Shown here: positions 33,180 to 45,700 of the stretch, piece by piece
Layout: each line of letters opens with the position of its first letter
Numbering within the stretch: position 1 is the stretch's first letter
Assembly: GCA_002269645.1 (NCBI GenBank)
Contig: NIVC01000575.1
Coordinates: 124,001-188,000, forward strand
Reading direction: 5' to 3'
DNA: 64,000 nucleotides
Source of the DNA: Macrostomum lignano
Lineage: Eukaryota
The notes under the pieces: generated by a model
Databases searched by the model: none
Seen by the model: the letters and a program-made list of their open reading frames with translations, nothing else
What the model was told of the DNA's origin: nothing
Program-made: the position numbers and the translations under genes

Positions 33180-36100
33180 ATGGACCACTACATCAGCGTG
33201 GTGAAATCGTCTCCCGCCTACCAGCAGGTGCAGGAGGCCCTGGCCAGCGTGGCCAGCTATCTAGGAATTAATAAAGGCGACGCTGCAGCCGCTGCCGGCA
33301 TCTCCACAACTGCCGCAACTGCAATGGTCGCATCGAATGGCCGCGGCGGCGCTTCCAGATGGGCGGCGTTGAATACGCCAGAGACCCGGCGACTGCTGCT
33401 GTCGCTGGCTGGCACCGGCTTGTCCGTCCTGGTTGCCTGGCTGGTGCTGCGGCGCCTGCTGTCCGAGTTGGCCGATCCAGCTAGCAAGGATCACGCGGCT
33501 GCTAAGCAGGTCAGTGGCCGGCATGGCTTGCGGAGGCTTCTGTAGAGCTACAGGGCTGGATTGGCAGATTGGAGAGGGAATGGCACTGGCTGGATTGGGC
33601 AGGAATGCAGATTGGAGAGGGAATGGCAGTAGCTGGATTGGGCAGGAATGCAGATTGGAGAGGGAATGGCACTGGCTGGATTGGGCAGGAATGCAGATTG
33701 GAGAGGGAATGGCAGTAGCTGGATTGGGCAGGAATGCAGATTGGAGAGGGAATGGCAGTAGCTGGATTGGGCAGGAATGCAGATTGGAGAGGGAATGGCA
33801 GTAGCTGGATTGGGCAGGAATGCAGATTGGAGAGGGAATGGCAGTAGCTGGATTGGGCAGGAATGCAGATTGGAGAGGGAATGGCAGTAGCTGGATTGGG
33901 CAGGAATGCAGATTGGAGAGGGAATGGCACTGGCTGGATTGGGCAGGAATGCAGATTGGAGAGGGAATGGCAGTAGCTGGATTGGGCAGGAATGCAGATT
34001 GGAGAGGGAATGGCAGTAGCTGGATTGGGCAGGAATGCAGATTGGAGAGGGAATGGCACTGGCTGGATTGGGCAGGAATGCAGATTGGAGAGGGAATGGC
34101 ACTGGCTGGATTGGGCAGGAATGCAGATTGGAGAGGGAATGGCACTGGCGGGATTGGGCAGGAATGCAGATTGGAGAGGGAATGGCACTGGCGGGATTGG
34201 GCAGGAATGCAGATTGGAGAGGGAATGGCACTGGCGGGATTGGGCAGGAATGCAGATTGGAGAGGGAATGGCACTGGCGGGATTGGGCAGGAATGCAGAT
34301 TGGAGAGGGAATGGCACTGGCTGGATTGGGCAGGAATGCAGATTGGAGAGGGAATGGCACTGGCGGGATTGGGCAGGAATGCAGATTGGAGAGGGAATGG
34401 CACTGGCTGGATTGGGCAGGAATGCAGATTGGAGAGGGAATGGCACTGGCTGGATTGGGCAGGAATGCAGATTGGAGAGGGAATGGCACTGGCGGGATTG
34501 GGCAGGAATGCAGATTGGAGAGGGAATGGCACTGGCTGGATTGGGCAGGAATGCAGATTGGAGAGGGAATGGCACTGGCGGGATTGGGCAGGAATGCAGA
34601 TTGGAGAGGGAATGGCACTGGCGGGATTGGGCAGGAATGCAGATTGGAGAGGGAATGGCACTGGCTGGATTGGGCAGGAATGCAGATTGGAGAGGGAATG
34701 GCACTGGCTGGAGAAGCTCGGCCCGTTGAAAAAGTTACCGTGACAAGAATCGCTAAAGAGTGATTGCAACTCTTTAGCGGCCCCAGAGTCAATATAGAAG
34801 CGTTCTAGCTGAGTCGCAGACAATAAAGCGCCTCAAATCGACCTCAGGCGACTTGTACCGCGACCTCTCGTCGTTTTTGAGTCGTCTAAAGTTAATTTTT
34901 CCTGTTTTACCTGTGCTGCCTGCAACGACTCTGAAAGGCTGGAGGGATGCAGATTAAAGTGGCTGCAGCACTAATCCAATTAGTCCCCATCCGCAGGCGG
35001 CTGCCAGAATCCTTCGCTCCATCGGTGCCGACCCGTCAGTCCGCCTGACAGACTACGAACTGGTGCTGGCCGCCGACCTGGTCGATCCGGCCGGCCTGGA
35101 CGCTACCTGGGCGGATATTGGCGGCCTTGATGAAGCCATAGCGGAGCTGCGGGAGAGTGTGGTGCTGCCGCTGAGGCATCCCCGATTGGCCGAGCGCAGC
35201 CGCCTGCTGCAGCCGCCCAAAGGTGTGCTGCTGTACGGGCCGCCTGGCTGCGGCAAGACTCTCATAGCCAAGGCCACGGCTAAAGCCGCCGGTGCCAGGT
35301 TTCTCAATGTCAGACTGAGCTCGCTATTCGACAAATGGGTCGGCGAGTCGGAGAAACGAGTCGAAGCGCTGTTCTCGTTGGCGCAAAAGCTGCAGCCAGT
35401 TATTGTGTTTGTTGACGAGTTGGACAGCTTTCTAGGCAATCGAGATCGGATGGGCGGCGGGCACGAGTGCTCGGAGAAGGTCAAGACTCAGTTTATGACC
35501 TTCTGGGACGGTCTGCTGACCAGGTTAAACATTCTATCAATTTCGTTCCCTTTATATATTATCTATTAACACGTAAAATGGCACCCCAGTTTATAAAATG
35601 ACACCCAATTCATAAAATGGCATCCCAGTTCATAAAATGGCACCCCAATTCATAAAATGGCATCCCAGTTAAAAAAGGGAACATCAGTTGATAAAATGGC
35701 ATCCCAGTTCATAAAATGGCACCCCAGTTCATAAAATGGCACCCCAGTTCATAAATTGGCACATCAGTTCATAAAATGGCACCCAGTTCGTAAAATGGCA
35801 CCCGAGTTCATAAAATGGCATCCCAGTTCATAAAATGGCATCCCAGTTCATAAAATGGCACCCCAGTTCATAAAGTGGCACATCAGTTGATAAAATGGCA
35901 TCCCAGTTCATGAACTGGCATGTCAGCTCGATTCACGGAGAGTACGCTCCAGAGTAACATAGGACCCGGCCACCTAAAAGTGCAAACGGTCAGCTGAACC
36001 TCCGCGCCTCCGCAGGAGCGACTCTCGCGTAGTGGTCATGGGCGCCACAAATCGGCGCCACGCAGTGGACGCTGCAATCCTGCGCCGACTGCCCTGCCAG

Positions 36101-36463
36101 GTTCGAATCGGCCTGCCGGACGAGGCGCAGCGCCTCCGCATTCTCGAGGTGCTGCTGGCCGGCGAACCGATCGGCGGCGACGTTGCCGCCGGTCTCAATC
36201 GAGTCGCCGCGGCCACGCCCGGACTGTCCGGTAGCGACCTGCGCGAGCTCTGCCGGCTGGCCGCTGTCGGCCGGCTCCGACGCGTCCTGGCCGAGGCTCA
36301 AGGCGACGCCGACGCCGCTGTTGAAGCCGCCGTTTCTCAGCACGCCGTCGGGCTGGACGACCTCCTGGCTGCGGCTGAACGTCTTCGAATCGCTTCCGGC
36401 GTTGGCGACCTCGGCTCGGCCTCGTCCTCTGTCGATGTGATCGCGCCCTGCCCCGTGGACTGA
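33180..36463 (+). CDS. ATAD1: ATAD1/Msp1 membrane-protein extractase (AAA+ ATPase), 3 exons, 434 aa
   Basis: Exons 33180-33509 (TM LAGTGLSVLVAWLVL; donor GTCAGT), 34997-35523 (LTDYE..LAADLVDP, TWADIGGLD, LLQPPKGVLLYGPPGCGKT, FVDELDSFL, KTQFMTFWDGL) and 36016-36463 (VVVMGATNR, DAAILRRLP, SGSDLRELCRLAA). Phases 0 and 2 are consistent. Confidence 0.93.
33556..34710. repeat. 43-bp minisatellite (GGATTGGGCAGGAATGCAGATTGGAGAGGGAATGGCACTGGCT) in ATAD1 intron 1
   Basis: About 27 copies. CAGTAGCT variants cluster at the 5' side and CACTGGCG variants at the 3' side. Confidence 0.97.
35570..35920. repeat. ~21-bp minisatellite (CATAAAATGGCACCCCAGTT-type) in ATAD1 intron 2
   Basis: About 16 copies. Confidence 0.93.
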
Positions 36464-36654
36464 CCTCGCTGACTCGCTGCAATTTCGAGCTCGTCCGCCC
36501 AAACCCCCCTCTCACTCCCTACTTTTAGCCTAATCGCCTGTTTTACTATTTTATCATTTACTTGTATAAGATACTTCAAAGTAAATAGAATTTAGTCATT
36601 TATTATGAATTTTTAGACAGGAATCGACACTTTAGCCCGTTCAATAAGAATTCC

Positions 36655-37110
36655 CTGTCAGCCGGCTTCGGGAATTCCCTATCAGAAACCCTGGGAATCC
36701 CCTTTAATTGGAATTCCCTATAAGAAAACCCTGGGAATCCCCTTAAATTTGAATTCCCTATCAGAAAACCCTCGGAATCCCCTTTAGTTGGAATTCCCTA
36801 TTAAAAATCCCTGGAAATCCAATTTAATTGGAATTCCCTATCAACAAGTCCTGGGAATCCCATTTAATTGGAATTCTCTATCAAAAAGCCCAGGGAATCC
36901 TCTTTAATTGAAAGTCCCTATCGGAAAATCCTGGAAATCCCATTTAATTGGAATTCCCTATAAAAAACCCTGGGAATCCCATTTAATTGGAATTCTCTAT
37001 CAAAAACCCTGGGAATCCCTTTAATTAGAATTCCGTGTAAAATACCTGGAAATCCCTTTCAAATGAAATTCCCTATTTAACATTGCCAACCGTTGGAATT
37101 CCTTATAGAA
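36655..37110. repeat. Degenerate ~41-bp repeat (TTGGAATTCCCTATCAAAAACCCTGGGAATCCCCTTTAA-type)
   Basis: About 10 copies downstream of ATAD1. Confidence 0.88.
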
Positions 37111-37774
37111 CCCAGTTGCTTGTATCCAGCCCGTGTAGACAGGACAATGAGCCCCATATACGAACTTGTGGTAGTTTTGAACGGTGTTTAACTGAATCAA
37201 TTTAACAAATTATCGATAAACTTCTGATTGAATTATTCTGACAAAGTCGTTGCCGAAGAGACTGTATTATTTTTTTCAGTTACTGATATTCAGAGAAGCG
37301 AGATTATCGCTAAAAATCTATTAGCTCATAATCGCCTGTATGATTCCCTCTGAGTTGAATGTTTCTTTGCTAATACCCTGTCACTCGCTCGCAAGACATG
37401 CGCATTTGCTCCATATACTACTTATAAAGAACACTATTTCTGTACGACGAGTAGCGGCTCTGAAATGACGAGAAAACAAAAAAATATACTAATAGTAGTA
37501 TGATATGTATTTGATTTGAGATTGCAGTCTGCGATTTTTCAACTATTATATATATTTTCTACTTTATTGGTTCCTTTGTTAATGTAATTATTTAGTAAAG
37601 TTGGGTAAAACTGGGAGGGGGAATTCTGACACCGACCATTACAACAACAACTATCAATGCTGTAAATTTGTACTCGTTTTGGGGATTTTTCCTGGTGCTA
37701 GGCAGGCAACTCGGCAAATGTGACAGCTATATATACGAGGGTAGGGAAGCATCTGTAGTGTGTAAATCCCCAGG

Positions 37775-38430
37775 AAGTCACTGGCAGTCAGATGTCACTG
37801 GCAGTCAAATGTCACTGGCAGTCAGATGTCACTGGCAGTCAAATGTCACTGGCAGTCAGATGTCACTGGCAGTCAAATGTCACTGGCAGTCAAATGTCAC
37901 TGGCAGTCAAATGTCACTGGCAGTCAAATGTCACTGGCAGTCAAATGTCACTGACAGTCAGATGTCACTGGCAGTCAGATGTCACTGGCAGTCAAATGTC
38001 ACTGGCAGTCAAATGTCACTGGCAGTCAAATGTCACTGGCAGTCAAATGTCACTGGCAGTCAGATGTCACTGGCAGTCAAATGTCACTGACAGTCAAATG
38101 TCACTGACAGTCAAATGTCACTGGCAGTCAAATGTCACTGGCAGTCAAATGTCACTGACAGTCAGATGTCACTGGCAGTCAAATGTCACTGGCAGTCAAA
38201 TGTCACTGGCAGTCAGATGTCACTGGCAGTCAGATGTCACTGGCAGTCAAATGTCACTGGCAGTCAAATGTCACTGGCATTCAAATGTCACTAGCAGTCA
38301 GATGTCACTGGCAGTCAAATGTCACTGGCAGTCAGATGTCACTGGCAGTCAAATGTCACTGGCAGTCAGATGTCACTGGCAGTCAAATGTCACTGGCAGT
38401 CAGATGTCACTGGCAGCAGATGTCACTGGC
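37775..38430. repeat. 17-bp minisatellite (GTCACTGGCAGTCARAT)
   Basis: About 38 copies. Confidence 0.96.
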
Positions 38431-39180
38431 CTCTTATAAAGCATTTACTAATAATGAAATACAGCAACTGGTTACTATATATTTTACGTAAAATATCTGA
38501 CTAATGTCCAAGAATTAAAAAAAATGTGTTGAGAATTCAGTGCTAAAAAACTGAAGACCTTCCTGTTTAGCGAAATTTACACGATTGTCGAGTGCAGCGG
38601 CCTACTGCAGTTGCCCATGGGAGATTTACATGATGAAGTCTTGCACATGGCAGCTGGCTTAGCTGCTAGCACGTGACGCGGTTCCCATGCAGCTGAGTAA
38701 ATCCTCTCGCGTGCTCGAAAAATCCATCTTGACACGACAGCTTTATTATTGAGTGGCTATGAGCTGTAGCTATACGAGTGCAAATCAATCCCAAAATCTA
38801 ATGCTTTAAGAAGTTAATTTTCTATACATATCGGACGGGTTCTTGACCAACTGCACTAAGTCCGCTTGATGACGCTTCTATGGCTACTGATTAACTATTA
38901 ATAAACCCACGATAGTAGGATACGTGGATTTTATAATCTATAGCCAATCGGATATAAAATATTAACGACCTTTCTACTCAAAAGGCCTCACAAGTAGTTG
39001 TCTGAGTAGGCATGAGCAGTGTTTTCGGGTAAGTGAAATAATCGATGTGGACTCAATTTTGTTACAAGGGCCACTAAGATGTCTTTCCAAGTCTGCGTTG
39101 TTTGTCCGATGTGGTACTGGGACAATATACTGGACACCGACGAGCAGGCTGTCTGTGAAAATTGTCTATGGTGAAAGGAG

Positions 39181-39378
39181 CAAGGACCACTGTAGTGTAA
39201 CATGACGTAAAACTCAAGGATCGTGTGATTTTTCGGAGGCCGATTTCCTGGAAAAATGTACACTGCGGAGATAGGAAAAATCATTTTTAATCACATAATC
39301 AATGATTGATATTCATTGGGCTCCAAAAAATCACACGATCCTTGCGTTTTACGCCCTGTTATACTACAGTGGTCCTTG
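39181..39378. mobile_element. ~200-bp MITE-like element with ~63-bp imperfect terminal inverted repeats
   Basis: 39181 CAAGGACCACTGTAGTGTAACATGACGTAAAACTCAAGGATCGTGTGATTTTTCGGAG versus the reverse complement of 39316-39378, CAAGGACCACTGTAGTATAACAGGGCGTAAAACGCAAGGATCGTGTGATTTTTTGGAG. No clear target-site duplication. Confidence 0.8.
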
Positions 39379-39468
39379 GCTGAAACCCTAGGACAATTAA
39401 CTGGGCCAGTGATGTTTAAACAAAATCAATCAAGCTGATCCATCCCGACACTTCGGCTGGCGTCAACC

Positions 39469-42400
39469 TTAGATGGACGATTCAACCAGCGAACTCTGGA
39501 CTGGGCGTCTTACGGGAGGCTTCGATTCCTTCCGCCCCGGCCAGCAGCAGCGGCCGAGTTGCCCGACGATGCCCACAGCGGCGTCGGCGGCAGCGGCCAG
39601 CGCAGCGCGGCAGTCCCGGCGGAAGCTGGCCACGCTGGCGAGCAGCAGCAGCGGGCTGGCGAGCATCTGCAGACCCGAGCAAATCCGAACAATGAAGAGC
39701 TCAGCCTCCGAGTCCTCACTGGCTGGCCAGCCGGTCGCCAGCGGACCACGTCGACTCGCCGGATGCTCGGCTTGCCGCAGCTGCTTGGCGAGGAAGACAG
39801 CGCGCAACGAGACTCCACGGCCAAGCGCCGGGAGGCCCAGCGCCACGAAGCCGGCGCAGCAGGCCAGCACGCCGCGCCGAATGTCGCAGTGCAGCTCCGC
39901 GTCGATTACGTAATAGGCCAGACCGGCTCGGAATCGACGGAGGCCGCCGCTGGCCACTCCGACCAGGCAGCAGAGGGTGACGATGGCCGCGGGGAGAATG
40001 TCACCTAACAGCAGGTCACTGATTGGCCAGATCCACACTGCGAACTGCTCTGTGATTGGCCAGCGCTGGGTCCAGCCGCAGTACAGAGCGCCCTCTGCCT
40101 CTCCTGGGACGCTGTTCACCTTGACTACCGTCAGCGTCCAAAGATGATGACCGTTCAGCAGCAGCACCAGCACGAAGGCCAGAATGACGCTGTTCTTCAC
40201 CCATTCTGATGTGTAGCGGTGCAGCTGGGACACCGGCTGGCGGATCAGCCGCGTGGTGTCGATTGCCAGCGACACCTGCAGGCATTGATGGGGTCGGCTT
40301 GGTGCCGGCTGGGTATATAGGCACTGCTGTAGTCTAGTAGTTGGTGTGTTATAGAGTCTGGTACAGTCTAAATGTAGGTGTCGGTGTAGTCTAGGGGTTG
40401 GTGTAGTCTAGGGGTTGGTGTAGTCTAGGGGTTGGTGTAGTCTAGGGGTTGGTGTAGTCTAGGGGTTGGTGTAGTCTAGGGGTTGGTGTAGTCTAGGGTT
40501 TGGTGTAGTCTAGGGGTTGGTGTAGTCTAGGGGTTGGTGTAGTTTAGGGGTTGGTGTAGTTTAGGGGTTGGTGTAGTCTAGGGGTTGGTGTAGTCTAGGG
40601 GTTGGTGTAGTCTAGGGGTTGGTGTAGTTTAGGGGTTGGTGTAGTCTAGGGGTTAGTTTAGTCTAGGGGTTGGTGTAGTCTAGGGGTTGGTGTTGTCTAG
40701 GGATCGGTCTGGACTGTAGTTGTATGTAGGCTAGGTTACGGACCTGAATGCCAGCCTTTAATTGCAACAGGGTCGAGTAGAGCATGTTGAGAAGCTGGCA
40801 CGTGGACTCGTCCATAACAGCCAGCGTGAGTAGCAGCTTAATGTCAAAGGCGGCCTGCAGCCAGAGGTCGAGGAATCGCAGCCAGAGCAGGGCGGTGTCC
40901 AGTCCAGCGAGCAAAGCCAAGTACAAGCAGACGGGCAGCGGTCTTCTGCTGTAGACCAGCATCATCCGGCAACAGAGGCAGTTCAGGCAGCTGCCACACA
41001 GCAGCAGCAGTGGCGCCAAGACGCAGCTGGCCGTCAGGAGGCGTTCTGAGGCGAAGTCTGCCGAGCAGAGCGGCTGCAGCTGATCAGGGCTGAGGCCCTG
41101 GGTGTCGGGCACCGGTGGCATCGAGCCTGATGATGCCGTGGCGTTCTTCGATCCTGCGGCTGTGCGATTGCAAGGGAAAACCTTCAGACAGTGTCCTTCA
41201 GACAGTGTCCTTCAGACAGTGTCCTTCAGACAGTGTCCTTCAGACAGTGTCCTTCAGACAGTGTCCTTCAGACAGTGTCCTTCAGACAGTGTCCTTCAGA
41301 CAGTGTCCTTCAGACAGTGTCCTTCAGACAGTGTCCTTCAGACAGTGTCCTTCAGACAGTGTCCTTCAGACAGTGTCCTTCAGACAGTGTCCTTCAGACA
41401 GTGTCCTTCAGACAGTGTCCTTCAGACAGTGTCCTTCAGACAGTGTCCTTCAGACAGTGTCCTTCAGACAGTGTCCTTCAGACAGTGTCCTTCAGACAGT
41501 GTCCTTCAGACAGTGTCCTTCAGACAGTGTCCTTCAGACAGTGTCCTTCAGACAGTGTCCTTCAGACAGTGTCCTTCAGACAGTGTCCTTCAGACAGTGT
41601 CCTTCAGACAGTGTCCTTCAGACAGTGTCCTTTAGACAGTGTCCTTCAGACAGTGTCCTTCAGACAGTGTCCTTTAGACAGTGTCCTTCAGACAGTGTCC
41701 TTCAGACAGTGTCCTTCAGACAGTGTCCTTCAGACAGTGTCCTTCAGACAGTGTCCTTCAGACAGTGTCCTTCAGACAGTGTCCTTCAGACAGTGTCCTT
41801 CAGACAGTGTCCTTCAGACAGTGTCCTTCAGACAGTGTCCTTCAGACAGTGTCCTTCAGACAGTGTCCTTCAGACAGTGTCCTTCAGACAGTGTCCTTCA
41901 GACAGTGTCCTTCAGACAGTGTCCTTCAGACAGTGTCCTTCAGACAGTGTCCTTCAGACAGTGTCCTTCAGACAGTGTCCTTCAGACAGTGTCCTTCAGA
42001 CTTCGGAGTTTCAGTGGGAAGAAGATAGATTGCAGATGAACTGCCCACGCAATTACGTTACGGTTTGCTCAATACTGTTTTCATTAGTCCCATGAGGAGG
42101 ATTCGTCAGAATTACCGATGTATTCCCAGTGCATGCTTCCTGGATCAGATTGATTGGAGCTCAGATTGACACGGACAATATAGCTGGAAAAAATGGGCTA
42201 ACAGAGTGCAATATAAGCTCCGACAGACGGGTGCAGGGGAGAAGAGCTACTCATTTATCACTCTGATGATTCATGCACATCCTATTATCCAATTCTGCAA
42301 CCGACCGGAGACCTGAAAATCTGTTTGTATTACTATAATTTACCTGGACCTTTTTTCTGTCAGTATCATGACGCCAGTTCCTTTAAGAAAACCTCTCAAA

Positions 42401-42764
42401 ACCTTTTAAGAACTTAGTGGCACCTCGAGGATATTTTTTGTAAGAGCATGCCCTCTCTAAAACACTGAGGAAATAAATATCCCTGCCCATGCCTGCTAGT
42501 AGTCCTTGGAAACTGGGGAACTGCAGTCTCACCGGAAGCCGGAACTGGCAACTCTTCATCAGCCGCCTCGGTCCACATGACGCAGTTGAAATCAGTCAGG
42601 CGGCTGGGGCACAGCCTCGTCCGGCTTCTATAGAAACAGCCGCTGTTCAGAGTGTTAAACCAGCTGGTGTTGCGTCTGAGGCCCAGCTCATCGTGCGGGT
42701 TGGTCGCGTGGCCCGTCTTGGCCGCGCGGAATCGGATTCGACCGCCTGTGCCGCCTCTGACCAT
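39469..42764 (-). CDS. Atypical class A (peptide-receptor-like) GPCR, 3 exons, ~484 aa
   Basis: Exons 42764-42533 (GCCATGG context; donor G|GTGAGA, phase 1), 41159-40744 (acceptor TTTTCCCTTGCAATCGCACAG; TM1 GSCLN, TM2 LAGLD, TM3 TCQ) and 40275-39469 (DTT in place of DRY, NGHHLW, ECL2 Cys, DILPAAIV, GFVALGLP, TM7). Total 1455 nt in frame. Exon 1 is less certain than exons 2-3. Confidence 0.8.
40385..40700. repeat. 17-bp minisatellite (GTCTAGGGGTTGGTGTA) in GPCR intron 2
   Basis: About 18 copies. Confidence 0.95.
41181..42000. repeat. 14-bp minisatellite (TTCAGACAGTGTCC) in GPCR intron 1
   Basis: About 58 near-identical copies. Confidence 0.98.
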
Positions 42765-42839
42765 GGCAACAGTTGCTAGGGGGAGAGCAGGTGTGAATGT
42801 ACCAGTTGATGCGGCGGGACTAGAGGTTTGGGAGAAGAC

Positions 42840-42975
42840 TAATGAAGCTAGATCTAAGAGGCTGGTTGAAGCCACTGATGAAGCTAGATCTTGGAGGCTG
42901 TATGAAGCCACTGATAAAGCTAGATCTAGGAGGCTGGATGAAGCCACTGATGACGCTAGATCTAGGAGGCTGGCA
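42840..42975. repeat. 36-bp repeat x~4 (GAAGCCACTGATGAAGCTAGATCTAGGAGGCTGGAT)
   Basis: Direct reading. Confidence 0.88.
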
Positions 42976-44461
42976 GAACTTTGCCGAGCTAAGCGTTGAT
43001 TTTGAAAAAAATCAAACTAACTTACCGCCAAATTCTCGGATCTATTGATTCACTGAGTTGTGAGAAGTCTCAGCTGTCTAATTCCCAAGCTTAAATGCGC
43101 TTTTCTGTGTTTCTGAACTCCCCTCTCTTATCTGCTATCCAGTCAATCCAAGCTATCAGCCACCGCGGTCCAATTAGAAGTCAGCGAGACGACAGACAGC
43201 AAAACCGATAAGTTCAGTCCACGAGTACTGGTTCCGTGATGACCCTGAGGTTTCATGGAGTTCTTAAGGACTTCACGGAGATTTTTGTGGTACCATGGAG
43301 TTTTATAGACGCCAGAAAGATCCCTGATGTGCTATGAAGTTGCTAAAGACACCATGAAGATCCTTGATGTGCCATGAAGTCGTTAATGGTACATCATAAC
43401 AACGCCTCTTACTGATGAAGTTTCATTATGTAGTGATATCAGATAAACTGGAGCCTCCAAGGGTAATTCATTTTATTTTGGCCCCAATTAGTGGCCTAGT
43501 GGCTGAGACAGGGCAGGAAATGTACATTGCGGAGCCGGTGGTAAGACGTACATTTAAGGGGTGCTGGATGGGTGGAATGTACATTTAGTGGCGAGGGGGC
43601 AGACAGAAAAACAGCCTATCAGTTTATAGTTACATAAAGGGCATCAGTCTATCAGCGGGCCCAGCTCAGTGGTCATGCCGCATTCCCGTGGAACACAGTA
43701 TGCGAGGCTGCAGGCTGCTCGAATCGATGAAGGCCGTGTGAGTACGCGGCGGTCGAGAAATGGGAAGGCAGCTGGGCCCTGACATTTTGCAACTATCTGT
43801 CATGACAATCATTATGAATGATATTTGATGAAGTTGGCAAAGTTTCACGTTTGAGGCTTAATCGCTTCGTGCCGATATGTATAGAAAGTTAACTTTAATT
43901 TTAGAAAGTATAAAAATAAAGGTATATACAGATAGATAATGTACATGGGCTACATTCGGCATGCAGGTTTAATTTTTAATGCCTATTGCAAGGCCAATGT
44001 CAATCATGTATGTTTAACAATATACTTATACCTAATTTTTCATTGTTAGTAGTACGTTTTGAATAAAAATTTGTTGATAAAAATTAACTTGTCGAAAGGC
44101 AGTGAGATGGCGATGATGCTACTAAACTGAGAGTAGCTCAGTAGTATCTTTGCAAAGGGACATACCATCTAGCTCGTACGTAGTCTATAACTAGAGTTGA
44201 AAATTCATTGCAATTGACCAAAACAGTAATTAAAATACGGCACTTGTGTAGTCATGCTATGCAAATTACTCGTAATTAGTAATGATCTGAGAAGCCTGTG
44301 TACTGGCTGTCGTTTATGACACCCTAAAGATCCTTGATGAATCTAAAGTTCCGAAATGCTATATCATCAATATTCTCCAGGCATTACTTAAGTGGGTATT
44401 ACATGTTGTCCTTTTAACTTTTAGTAAATTAAGTATATGGATTTTTTCTCTTATTTATCCC

Positions 44462-44995
<534 letters not shown>

Positions 44996-45414
44996 CATTA
45001 ACAGTCCATGCTAAAGACAGCAAAAAAGGTGAGTCCAGTTCTGTAACGAGTGATCTCCTGCCCCAAAATTTAGAGTTCTCAAAAATCCGGAGCACTTTTT
45101 TTCGAGCAGCAGGGTTTCAAGCAACCAGACCAGTATTGAAATTGGGAAGCTACCCTGACTAGGAAATTTCCCAAAAGGCCCGGTTATGAATTTCTCCCAT
45201 ATGCCGGCAGAAGGTTGATTGACTGACTGAACCGACAGGGCCCTGGAGACCTCGCACCCATGGGGACACCCAAAACCTCCGGATGCAACGCTGATTTGTT
45301 ATCCTCGTCCCTCTACCGAAGTCGGCAAGCTGGAATTTCCTGACCAAGCAGAGCTAACAAATTTTTTAATAATAAAAAAATAATTGGCCAAACGAGGTGG
45401 CACACGGAATTACT

Positions 45415-45700
45415 CACAAGTGACACAAGACTGACACACGGCATCGCTCACAAGTGACACAAGACTGACACACGGCATCGCTCACAAGTGATACAAGACT
45501 GACACGCGGCATCGCTCACAAGTGATACAAGACTGACACACGGCATCGCTCACAAGTGACACAAGACTGACACACGGCATCGCTCACAAGTGACACAAGA
45601 CTGACACACGGCATCACTCACAAGTGACACACTACCGACACACGACATCGCTCACAAGTGACACAAGCAGAGCTCAGACTGACACATATCGCTCACAGGG
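45415..45700. repeat. 34-bp minisatellite (CACAAGTGACACAAGACTGACACACGGCATCGCT)
   Basis: About 8 copies, decaying at the 3' end. Confidence 0.92.

Noticed and set aside
33261-34823. Six overlapping ORFs of 242-520 aa
   Set aside because: All derive from the 43-bp array in ATAD1 intron 1; several frames give the same rotating peptide.
40385-40700. Interstitial telomeric repeat
   Set aside because: The unit is 17 bp (GTCTAGGGGTTGGTGTA); there are no tandem TTAGGG hexamers.
41102-42095. SFRQCPSDSVLQTV repeat ORFs
   Set aside because: Translation of the 14-bp intronic array in the GPCR gene.
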